A stretch of 64,000 nt of DNA from assembly GCA_963921275.4 (NCBI GenBank), contig OZ001293.3:5472001-5536000 (forward strand). Reading direction: 5' to 3'. The translations under genes and the position numbers were made by a program. The notes under the pieces were generated by a model that was given only the letters and a program-made list of their open reading frames with translations, had not been told where the DNA came from and did no database searches. Shown here in pieces: positions 1 through 9,400 of this stretch. The number at the start of each line of letters is the position of its first letter. Within the stretch, counting starts at the first letter, position 1. Origin of the DNA: an uncultured Hormoscilla sp. (GTDB lineage: Bacteria > Cyanobacteriota > Cyanobacteriia > Cyanobacteriales > Desertifilaceae).

Positions 1-238
1 ACCAGAGTAAGGGAAATGAGTCCAGAGAATGGGTATGGAGAGACTCCTCAAAGGCGGGTGCAGCTTCATAACTGATAAAACCCGCCCCATACAGCTTGCG
101 AGCGCGGATCCTTGCATTTACTTCCGCGAACTTCGGCACTACTTCTGACAGGCGATCTGCCCTCACCACCATTTCCGGAGATCGGAAGCGCAGCCATTGC
201 TTATTTTCGGCATCATAAATTACTAATTTATTGCTCAT
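1..238 (-). CDS. pabB: Aminodeoxychorismate synthase component I, N-terminal part (runs off window edge)
   Basis: Manual translation from ATG at 238: MSNKLVIYDAENKQWLRFRSPEMVVRADRLSEVV...GAGFISYEAAPAFE; AGFISYEAAPAF is a typical PabB motif; not in the ORF track. Confidence 0.7.
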   Translation of the reverse strand, partial: MSNKLVIYDAENKQWLRFRSPEMVVRADRLSEVVPKFAEVNARIRARKLYGAGFISYEAAPAFEESLHTHSLDSFPLLW

Positions 239-316
239 TTCAACATTTTAGATCGCATCCGAATAATTTATACCAATTTATTTGGCGTTGTGATAGAGAA
301 AAAACTGCTACCCTCT

Positions 317-341
317 CGTTCCCAGGTTCTACCTGGGAACG
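317..341. repeat. REP-like palindrome CGTTCCCAGG-N5-CCTGGGAACG
   Basis: Inverted repeat; related copies near 12190 and 62855. Confidence 0.6.
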
Positions 342-449
342 GTCTTCTTCCTGCCTCGTATCCTATCTATGCATCCGTGCAGAGTCAAGTCACCGAATAT
401 GTTTAATAAAATAGTATTACACTAATACTTTAGGTTGAGTTGAGGCACG

Positions 450-1320
450 GGATGGGGTCGAGCCGGGAATCGCTTCCCGACCCTCCCTTTCGGAACCGGA
501 CTTGCGATTTTCACCGCATCCGGCTACTGGGTACTAGGCCCTTTTCATAGGTAGACTTAATAGGAATTACTTCCGTTAGCCCTTGCCGCCTGTCTTTTCT
601 TCCCTTTCCTGGTTTAGCGAGTGGTTGTTCTGATAACCGTTAGTATCACCATTTTCAAGTCAGTTTTACCAGTTATCCATACCTTATCCGAAACGCAAGT
701 GGAGGATTAGTTCCGTGGCTTTTTAGGATTACTCATTCCAGCAGCTTCCTAGTATCACCGACCCACGTCAGCGCTGGCTACCCAGCATCATCTACATTAC
801 TGTAGATGTTATCCCAGGAATTACCCCGGGCATTCGCTTCTTGGGCCATCCCTCCCCCCGTGGCTTGCGCTTAACATCTAACTTGTCCTGATGGACAGCA
901 CACGAGAGGTTACTTCGTTCCCTAACAACATTTCGCGATACCTTTAGGTCCACACTATACCCCGGGAGCTATTTGAGTACTATATTAGCCAGAGTCTAAA
1001 ACTAATACTAGCTACCATTTCCTTTTTAGGCCAGCGCATATAGCCTTATTTCGCTGGTTCCTTATAACGAGGCTTGCACATGTTTGCCTGCTCTAACCTT
1101 GGATATCTTTCCTAGCGGCGTCACCGGCTTAGGCTGCCAGTTATCCTACATTTGAGTCCTCGCTTAGCACCACGATGATGTCGCTTCGTAGCACCGAGGA
1201 CCGGTGTCACCCCCGTACCTGGGGGGAGGGGAATTTAACCCCCATGCGGTCAGAGTTCCCGGCTAATGAAACCGGGCTAGCGTTCCGTGTTTGACCACGT
1301 TAGGCTAGAACGAATCGCAC
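450..1320 (-). mobile_element. ORF-less group II intron, copy 1 (871 nt)
   Basis: Starts GTGCGATTCG; domain V AGCCGGATGCGGTGAAAATCGCAAGTCCGGTT then domain VI; near-identical to 14606-15476; removal restores the palindrome GTAGGTTGGGTTT|CGTGCCTCAACTCAACCTA. Confidence 0.92.
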
Positions 1321-1385
1321 AAACCCAACCTACAGTTGCGCTTTTTATCGCAAGCATAATTGATAATTCTTAACAATATCACTCT

Positions 1386-1866
1386 TCATTTGCCAGCGGT
1401 TAAAGTAACAAGGATGCCTAACAACTCATCTACAGGAGTTAGATAGCGCTCGTTCAAGTCTACCATAGCCTTCAGATCGTTTCTCAGAGCCAAGAATCGC
1501 CTGTCCTGTTTCGCCGACACCACCGCAACCATTGGAGCTTTAATCGTCAGCTTATCTGGGTTATCTGTCAGCATGAAGTCAAAATCTCCAGTCAGTAGTT
1601 GAGTCGACGTTAAAGTTTCTACCAGAAAATAGACTGAGTCTAGAGTCGAGCGCGGTAACTTCGCTCAAAATAGGAGCAATCAAATATTCAGAGCGAGCTT
1701 TTTCTGTGTTAATAGCCGTCGCCAGTGGGACGAAGCGTCTCAGAGCTTCCTTAAGAAAGTCACTCGGGGGAATAGGTTTTGCTTTTATTAACTCAGAAAC
1801 AGTCTCTATAGTATCAATCCCTAAAGAAGCAAGTTGTTCTAGAGAGGTAAATTCGCTGTAGTACAT
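1386..1866 (-). pseudogene. Cyanobacterial restriction-endonuclease-like protein, split with internal deletion
   Basis: NTEKARSEYLIAPILSEV and LSLFSG motifs in 1579-1866; second fragment 1386-1574 in another frame. Confidence 0.5.
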
Positions 1867-2073
1867 CTGCCATTCTCCTTAGCAAGGATTACCTATTACT
1901 TAATTTTTCACTGTTTTGAGAGTAGAGGGCGATCCTGCTGCGTAGTCGCTGCCCGATCGCACCCTCCATCCATCACAAATACCCTACACGACCCACCATT
2001 TCTTCTGAACTGTATACTTCATAAATCAAAACTAGACCTTTGATAATCTCACCAATCGAACGAGTCTTCTGTT

Positions 2074-4238
2074 ATTAAACTAAGCCAGTACGTCACCGTA
2101 CCGACTCGTCTTCAAAACCGGACGTGAGACTTTCACCTCATCCGGCTCCTCAGTTTCGTCATCCTTGTCATGGATACGGCCTTTGCTGCCATCCCTGGCA
2201 GATTTATAATCATGGCAGTAGTCGTGCAGCAACTGTAGGTTGGAGTACCAGTCCTTACCTCCCAGTGAGGTTGGCAGGATGTGGTCCACTTCCCATTTGT
2301 CGCCGTCCTTAAACGTTAGTCCGCAATGCTGGCACTTGCCATCCTGCCTCTTGAGCAGGTTAATCACTCTCATGCTTACGTCCGGGCTCTTTCGTAATCT
2401 CTGGCTTACTTACCACCGTCTTGAAGTAGTTGCTCCATCCCCTTATCATTGGGTTTAGTTTGACTATCAAGGCTGTCTGTGGTGCCGATTTATGGCGGCG
2501 AACTATCTGTGATAGTTGCTCTTTATGATTCCTAATGGATTTATCGCTAGGCTTGATTAGGGTCTTGAATCCTAGGGGGGTTCCGTTGCTGAGTTTGCCG
2601 CTTCTGTGTTTCCCTACTTTGTATTGTCGGATATTGAACCCTAGGAAGTCAAATCCGGGGTTTTCTCCTTCCAGTGTGTGGGATATCTGGTTTTCTCGGC
2701 TTTTAGCTCTAGTCCTATTCCCTTCAACCACTCCTCAATCACTCCTTGTGCTCGCTCAATCATTGACCGGTCATCGTGCATTACCACAAAATCATCGGCG
2801 TACCTGACTATCGTTAGTTTCTTTTCCTCTCTCTTTGTGCGGGCAAGACTCATCACTACCTTTTCCAACCCATGTAGGGCTATATTGGCTAGCAATGGTG
2901 ATATTACTCCGCCTTGAGGAGTTCCGGCTTCTGTGTCCTGCCATATTCCCTGGTCCATCACCCCGGCTTTTAGCCATGCCCGTATCTGTCTACGGATTGG
3001 TGATGTTGTATTCAATTTCTCTAGGAGCGCTGAGTGGTCAATTTTGTCGAAACATTTCGTAATATCCGCATCTAACACCCATTTTGGTTTCTTGTTGGTG
3101 CTGGTGAATATCGTTTCGATCGCATCGTGGCATCCCCTTCCTGGTCTGAATCCGTAGGAATTGGCTTCCATGTACGCTTCCCATTCGGGCTCAAGCGACT
3201 GTTTGACCAATCCCTGAAGTGCGCGGTCGTGCATCGTCGGTCTTCCTAGTGGCCGCTTTTCGTCCCTTCCTGGCTTAGGTATCCATACACGCAGTGTAGG
3301 TTTCGCCTTTGCCTTCCTGAATACTCTGAGCTGACTTACCAGTTCCAGTCGCTGCTCCATAGTCAGTGCTTTCACACCATCCACACCAGCCGCATTCTTT
3401 CCTTGGTTTTGTTGTGTTACCTGTCTCACCGCTATCATCTTCGTGGACCATGACCTATTTAGTAACCCTTGGAGCTTGCGAACTTTCCGCTTGTTGCCTT
3501 CCTGTGCCGCTCTGTAAATTCGCTTTTGTAGCTTGAAGACATGGCTGGCGCCACGCTAGCGCGATCGGCGCTCCAGCTCCTGCCAGGGCACCTCCTTCCA
3601 TTCATACTCTTGCTTTTCGGCTAAGTTCCGTGACATATTAACTACTACTCACAACTTCACAATTGACAAAACCGTGAGGGCGTCAGCTTATCCCATCCAT
3701 TACAGATAGGCGTTTGCTTCTCCACTCAATCTTTCCCAGCTATGACCTGCCAAATGAGAGCAGATGTTGCGTCTTTGGTGACTACTCCATCTATCGACCG
3801 GTGATGGAGAGTGCCTAGCTGGGTTACTTCGTTCCTACAGATGATTAATCGTAGTTTTAGATGGATTCTATATGCCGGGTTTGTTGTCAGTGCTTATTAG
3901 TCGGATTACAACCGCTAATGACCATTATCCTTTCCCTTTTGGGCCAGTGTCTCAGCCTTATTACACTGGTTGATGTTGACGACACTTATGAACCTTTGCT
4001 TGCGCTCATCATGACTACTTGCTCGACGATGACCGGTTTAGGCTACCAGTTAGAGCGCCTTTCCTTCCCGCTTTACGGATTGATGCCATCGCTACCGTTG
4101 GGAGGATGCTGTCACGAGAGCACCTGGAGGGGTGGGCTTTCACCACCATCATCTGTAAGTTGTCAGGGCTATTGAAACCCTGCTAGCGGTCCCATTTATT
4201 GACACGTGTCAAGTCATTTTACTCTAAACGAATCGCAC
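2074..4238 (-). mobile_element. Group II intron (IIB, chloroplast-like) with degraded RT ORF
   Basis: GTGCGATTCG at 4238; DV GAGCCGGATGAGGTGAAAGTCTCACGTCCGGTT; end GCTTAGTTTAAT at 2074; EBS1 UGUAAU pairs 6/6 with exon end AUUGCA. Confidence 0.93.
2080..3636 (-). pseudogene. Intron-encoded RT/maturase/HNH protein, inactivated
   Basis: PQGG, YADD and HNH fragments; in-frame TAG from a 24-nt insertion at 3543-3566, frameshift near 2686, deletion of most of domain X near 2404. Confidence 0.9.
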
Positions 4239-4509
4239 TGCAATAGACAATCCCGGGATGCTCCCTGGTCCGACTGGTAATGACTAAAAAATCCCTGTCT
4301 TGAGTAAAAATTACGCGACCCTCTTGACTGATATAGGCTAATTGGAGTTCGTCGCTTGCGCAATCGAGCCTCAACAGTAGTTGTTACATCAATGCCACGA
4401 CGGCGCAACTGAAGTGCAATTTCAGGAGCTACGTGTTCGTCCAAATGAAACCTGATTTTTTCACTCACCTAGAATTGCCCTCCACTTTTCTTGAAAACGG
4501 GATGGAGGA

Positions 4510-4869
4510 CTATTCCGTCTCATTTCTTCTACCAAGGCTTCGCTTTCTGCGGTGCGACGATCGATCCCGATGGTCGTAATAGTAGGCCATCGCTGCATGA
4601 ACTGATGCTATAGATAGATCGTACTCAGCCGCAATTTCTTCTAGAGATTCTCCCATCTCCAGATACATTTCCGCAATAGCCGCCACATACATTCTCCTGT
4701 TGATAATGCGCGGCTTCCCAAAACAATAGTCCGGATGAATGGCAATGTGTTCTTTACTTACCCGTTCCCTGTCATCCCCGATCGCATAACTTTTCCCTGG
4801 TTCCAGTTCCAGTGGTTCGGACGATCGCAGAACTTCACTGTCAAATACAGCCGTTGCGATTTTGCTCAT
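4510..4869 (-). CDS. Antitoxin-like N-terminus fused to DUF433 domain
   Basis: CFGKPRI..RRMYVAAI..GESLEEIAAEYDLSIASVHAAMAYYYDH is DUF433-like; directly upstream of the DUF5615 gene. Confidence 0.7.
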   Translation of the reverse strand: MSKIATAVFDSEVLRSSEPLELEPGKSYAIGDDRERVSKEHIAIHPDYCFGKPRIINRRMYVAAIAEMYLEMGESLEEIAAEYDLSIASVHAAMAYYYDHRDRSSHRRKRSLGRRNETE

Positions 4870-4880
4870 AGTTACTTATC

Positions 4881-5849
4881 TCATTTATCGTATTGTTCGT
4901 AAGCGGCCACGAGCCGCTGCACGAGAGGATGGCGCACCACATCCACCTGAGTCAGCTTACAAAAAGCAATTCCTTCGACATGTTGCAGGATTTTCTGCGC
5001 TAATCCCAATCCTGACATCTGGTTCCCTGGCAAATCAGTCTGAGTGATATCGCCCATTACCACCATTTTAGAACGAAAACCCAGCCTTGTCAGCACCATT
5101 TTCATCTGAGCGGGCGTAGTATTCTGAGCTTCGTCTACAATGATAAAAGAATTATTCAAACTGCGACCCCGCATATAGGCCAGGGGCGCAACTTCTATCA
5201 CCCCTCGTTCCATCAAATTCGCTACTTTTTCTGGCTCGATAAATTCATACAAAGCGTCGTATAGGGGACGCAAGAAAGGATTTACTTTCTGCTGCATGTC
5301 CCCAGGGAGGAAGCCGAGTTTTTCCCCAGCTTCCACGGCGGGACGAGTCAGAATCAGTCGTTCGTACTGATTATCTAGCAATGCTTGGATGGCCAGCACA
5401 GCTGCTAAATAGGTTTTCCCCGTTCCCGCCGGACCAATGCAAAAAGTCATGTCTTGGGTGCGGACTGCTTCTGCGTACCGCTTTTGAGCAAAGGTTTTGG
5501 CGCGAATCTCTTCCCCCCGACGGGTACGCGCCAAGACATTTTTCTTCAGGTCTTGATGTTCCTCTTGGCGTCCCGTATCTAAGGCGTGACGCGCTGTCAG
5601 GATATCCGCCCCAGAAATCATCTTACCTTTGCTCCAGAAATCCGCAAGCGCTCCCACCAACTGGGAGCAGATTTCCACCTGTTTGGCCGTTCCCGAAATC
5701 ACCAAATCCTGTCCCCGCAGCACCAGCTGCGCCCCCGTTTGCCTCATCAGGGTTTTGAGATTTTCTTCTCCATACCCCCCCAGAGCGATCGCGCTATCGG
5801 GACTATTCAGCTCAATTATTGCTCGTTCATCATTGTCTGTATTCATCAC
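4881..5849 (-). CDS. phoH: PhoH family ATPase
   Basis: GPAGTGKT, LTRPAVEAGEKLGFLPGD, YMRGRS, DEAQN, VVRHPLV. Confidence 0.97.
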   Translation of the reverse strand: MMNTDNDERAIIELNSPDSAIALGGYGEENLKTLMRQTGAQLVLRGQDLVISGTAKQVEICSQLVGALADFWSKGKMISGADILTARHALDTGRQEEHQDLKKNVLARTRRGEEIRAKTFAQKRYAEAVRTQDMTFCIGPAGTGKTYLAAVLAIQALLDNQYERLILTRPAVEAGEKLGFLPGDMQQKVNPFLRPLYDALYEFIEPEKVANLMERGVIEVAPLAYMRGRSLNNSFIIVDEAQNTTPAQMKMVLTRLGFRSKMVVMGDITQTDLPGNQMSGLGLAQKILQHVEGIAFCKLTQVDVVRHPLVQRLVAAYEQYDK

Positions 5850-5858
5850 CCTGATGGA

Positions 5859-6251
5859 CTAATCCGGGGACTGGGACTTGCGAGAAGGCTTAAGAATTGG
5901 CGAACCACGACCTTGATGTTTGGCAACCGTTCTACCTTTGGGCATAATTGGCCCTGCCGAACCATTATTTTCCTCAGCTTCCTTAAAGCCACCGTACACA
6001 TCCAGGTATAAAGAATGACCTGCTGCTCGGGCCGCAGCGGTCAGCACCTTGTTAATTGCCTGCAGATTGCGTCCGCCTCTGCCATAGACTCGTCCTTTAT
6101 CAGCGACATCAAAAGCCAGACGAATCCAAACTCGCTGTCTACTCGATGATTTTTCGCAATCCACCGATAATGCCTCTGGTGACTCTAGAAAGGGTTCCAC
6201 TAAAAACTGGACGAGTCCGGCGTAGTCTGGACCTGGCGACTGGGAAGCCAT
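5859..6251 (-). CDS. khpA: KH-domain RNA-binding protein (KhpA type)
   Basis: DKGRVYGRGGRNLQAI; follows rpsP; start reassigned to MASQ at 6251. Confidence 0.88.
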   Translation of the reverse strand: MASQSPGPDYAGLVQFLVEPFLESPEALSVDCEKSSSRQRVWIRLAFDVADKGRVYGRGGRNLQAINKVLTAAARAAGHSLYLDVYGGFKEAEENNGSAGPIMPKGRTVAKHQGRGSPILKPSRKSQSPD

Positions 6252-6255
6252 TTTC

Positions 6256-6519
6256 TTATCCTTCGGCGGTAGTGGCTTTGACTTGTTCGAATACATGGGC
6301 TTTTTCCAGGATGCGACGGACAGTATCGGTTGGTTGAGCGCCTTGCTTGACACGCTTCACCAGTCCGGGGACATTTAGCCTGGTTTCGTCAGTTCTGGGA
6401 TTGTAGAAGCCCAGTTCTTCTAGGGGACGCCCGTCCCGCCTGGCCCGAGAGTCGATCGCCACTATCCGGTAACTGGCTTCCCGCTTTTTGCCGTATCGCT
6501 TTAATCGGAGCTTGATCAT
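6256..6519 (-). CDS. rpsP: 30S ribosomal protein S16
   Basis: [41 protein letters not shown]. Confidence 0.99.
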   Translation of the reverse strand: MIKLRLKRYGKKREASYRIVAIDSRARRDGRPLEELGFYNPRTDETRLNVPGLVKRVKQGAQPTDTVRRILEKAHVFEQVKATTAEG

Positions 6520-6914
6520 GTTCGTGCTTTGCTGATGAAAAGACCTTGAATTAATTATTCTACCATTTCTGGTGCAGCTATACTGCGAAGGGTCCCTTTG
6601 TTCTTAGGGCCATATGTCATTGCGAGGCAAGTATCACTTGACATAGCGCGATCATATATCATATCACGCATGTCAAGTGATACTTGGGGGGGAGCTAAAT
6701 TTCGATATCCTTGTAAGTTAAGAGTAACACCCCCTGACCTTCGCAGCGGCAGATTGCTTCGTGCCTCGCAACAAGCTCCGGAGGGCTAGCAATCTCCCGA
6801 GCGCTGAGCCTTTGATTGCTAGCGATCCTGCCGTCGCGCCGCTGCGCTAACGGGGGGGTCAAAAGTTGAAGCATACCACAGTTACGGTTTTGGGAGCTCC
6901 CCCTCGCAATGGCA

Positions 6915-9304
6915 ATTAAACTAAGCCAGTCCGTCACCGGACCGACTCGTCTTCAGAACCGGACGTGAGACTTTCACCTCATCCGGCTCCTCGGCAACAT
7001 CACCCTTGTCATGGGTACGGCTGTTTTTGCTGCCATCGTTGACAGTCTTTGAGTCGTGGCAATGCTTGTGCAGTAATTGTAGGTTGTCATACCGGTCCTT
7101 ACCTCCTAATGAAAGGGGCTTGATCTGGTCAACTTCCCATTTGTCACTGTCCTTGAATGTTAGTCCGCAGTGTTGGCATTTTCCTTTTTGCTTCTTAAGT
7201 AGCGTTGCTACCCTCTTACTCAATTCGGGGTTTTTGCCTAACCTTGTACTCCAATATGTAAGGTTCCCGTCATATGGGCTTGCTATTCCTTTCACTTTTA
7301 CGTGTCTGACTATCTCAGTTTCGGAGTGTTTGCGCAGCGTTATCTCTCCCTCTCCTGTCTTACATTGGAATCGCCATTTACCATCCTGGTTTACGGACCA
7401 GTACTTACGGGCTATCCAATGACTTGACTTATTAGGGTGCCTCCTTTTGGCCCATTGCCATAGGATGTTCCATAGGTAGTTGTCCATGTCGGCGTAAGTT
7501 TCCTTACTTACCACTGTCCTGAAGTAGTTGGACCATCCCCGTATTGCCGGGTTTAGCTTGCTAATCAGGGCTGCTTGTCGTGCCGTTTTATGGCTGGTTA
7601 CGATTTGCGCTAACCGTTCTTTATGCTTCCCTATGGATTTCTTGCTGGGCTTGATTAAGGTTTTGAAGCCTAGGGGGGTTCCGTTCGACTGTTTGCCGCA
7701 TTTGTGTTTTCCCACTTTGTACTGTCGGATGTTGAATCCTAGGAAGTCAAATCCTGGTTCCTCACCTTCCAGTGTGTGGGCTATTCTTGTCTTTTCGGCT
7801 TTTAGCTCTAGTCCCACTCCCTTTAACCACTCAGCTATTGTCGTTTGCGCCCTTTCTATTACATCCTTGTCGTCGTGCATTACAACAAAGTCGTCGGCAT
7901 ATCTGACTACTGTCAGTTTTTCCTTCTCTCTTTTTGTTTTGGTAAGTTTCATTACTGTTTCCTCAAGTCCATGTAGGGCTATGTTGGCCAGTAATGGTGA
8001 TATGACTCCCCCTTGGGGTGTCCCTGCCTCAGTTGTATGCCATGCACCGTTGTCCATCACCCCGGCTTTTAACCATGCCCGTATCTGTTTACGGATTGGT
8101 GATGTCGTATTCAGTTTTCTTAGTAGCGCTGAGTGGTCAATTTTATCGAAGCATTTGGCAATGTCAGCATCTAGTACCCATTTGGGTTTTTGTTTGATGC
8201 TGTTGAATATTGCCGCAATTGCGTCGTGGCATCCCCTTCCCGGTCGGAAGCCGTAGGAGTTCCCTTCCATATGTGCCTCCCATTTGGGTTCGAGCGCAAT
8301 CTTCAGGAGCCCTTGTGTTGCGCGGTCGTACATCGTTGGTATGCCTAATGGGCGTTTTTCATCCCTTCCAGGCTTTGGTATCCATACACGTCGTGTAGGT
8401 TTGGCCTTGTCTGAGATTTCGATTTGTCCTACCAGTTCTAGACGTTGTTCTGGGGTTAATGCTTTCACACCATCCACTCCTGCCGTCTTCTTGCCCTGGT
8501 TATCTTGCGTTACCTGTCGTACCGCTAGCGTTTTGGCAGCCCGGGATTTAACCAGTAACCTTTGGAGCCTGCGAACCATCCGCTCATTACCTTCCAGTGC
8601 CGCTCTGTAAATTCGTTTTTGCAGCTTGTAGACCACCCGTTCTAGCTTCCGCCAGGGGGTGTCCTTCCATTCATTCATCGGTCTTTCGATCGTGCTCATG
8701 ACATATTCACTGCTACTTGCAACTTCACAATTGACGTTACCGTGAGGGCGTCAGCGTATCCTACCCGTTACGGTAGGTGTTTGCTTTTCCACTCAATCTC
8801 TCCCAGATATGACCTGCTTGATGGAAGCAGAGGTTGCGCCTGTGGTGGCTACTCTACCTATCGACCGGTGGTAGAGAGTGCATATCTGGTTTACTTCGTT
8901 CCTACAGATGATTGGTTGTAGTTTTAGATGGGTTCTATATGCCGGGTTTATGGTCAGTGCTTATTGGTCGGGAGACGGCCGCCAATGACCTGTATCCTTT
9001 CCCTTTTGGGCCAGCGTATAAGCCTTATTCCGCTGGTTAATGGTAACGACATCTATAAACCTTCGCTTTCGCTCATCATGACTACTTGCTTGGCGATGAC
9101 CGGTTTAGGCTACCAGTTAGAGCGCCTTTCCTTCCCGCTTCATGGATTGATGCCATCGCTACCGTGGGGAGGGTGCTGTCACGAGAGCACCTGGAGGGGT
9201 GGGCTTTCACCACCATCATCTGTAAGTTGTCAGGGCTAATAAACCCTGCCAGCGGTCCCCATTCTTGACCCGTGTCAAGTCGGTTTACGCTAAACGAATC
9301 GCAC
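6915..9304 (-). mobile_element. Complete group II intron (IIB, chloroplast-like) between ffh and rpsP
   Basis: GTGCGATTCG at 9304; DV/DVI and GCTTAGTTTAAT end at 6915; uninterrupted ORF; EBS1 CGUCUC vs exon AAGACG (5/6). Confidence 0.95.
6921..8699 (-). CDS. ltrA: Group II intron reverse transcriptase/maturase with HNH domain
   Basis: RPLGIP, YGFRPGR, TPQGG, RYADDF, GFDFLGF, LNPAIRGWSNY, CxxC and HNH region. Confidence 0.97.
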   Translation of the reverse strand: MSTIERPMNEWKDTPWRKLERVVYKLQKRIYRAALEGNERMVRRLQRLLVKSRAAKTLAVRQVTQDNQGKKTAGVDGVKALTPEQRLELVGQIEISDKAKPTRRVWIPKPGRDEKRPLGIPTMYDRATQGLLKIALEPKWEAHMEGNSYGFRPGRGCHDAIAAIFNSIKQKPKWVLDADIAKCFDKIDHSALLRKLNTTSPIRKQIRAWLKAGVMDNGAWHTTEAGTPQGGVISPLLANIALHGLEETVMKLTKTKREKEKLTVVRYADDFVVMHDDKDVIERAQTTIAEWLKGVGLELKAEKTRIAHTLEGEEPGFDFLGFNIRQYKVGKHKCGKQSNGTPLGFKTLIKPSKKSIGKHKERLAQIVTSHKTARQAALISKLNPAIRGWSNYFRTVVSKETYADMDNYLWNILWQWAKRRHPNKSSHWIARKYWSVNQDGKWRFQCKTGEGEITLRKHSETEIVRHVKVKGIASPYDGNLTYWSTRLGKNPELSKRVATLLKKQKGKCQHCGLTFKDSDKWEVDQIKPLSLGGKDRYDNLQLLHKHCHDSKTVNDGSKNSRTHDKGDVAEEPDEVKVSRPVLKTSRSGDGLA

Positions 9305-9400
9305 CGTCTTCTCCATTTTGCGCTCGTCGATCCCTTTCAAGGTATATACAGGTGAGCGTCGAGTCTGACAGTGGGCACGGCCCACCCTACTGGCTATAGA

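Larger units (their letters stand above)
1973..4468 (-). pseudogene. DUF5615 PIN-like protein interrupted by a sense group II intron (exons 4468-4239 and 2073-1973); extra frameshift near 4350
   Basis: MSEKIRFHLDEHV..RGIDVTT, then in shifted frame GRVIFTQDRDFL..HPGIVYC; after intron removal continues KQKTRSIGEIIKGLVLIYEVYSSEEMVGRVGYL*. Confidence 0.8.

Noticed and set aside
3861..9268. Similar plus-strand ORFs 3861-4175 and 8928-9239 as a conserved gene
   Set aside because: They are antisense to homologous intron domain I RNA
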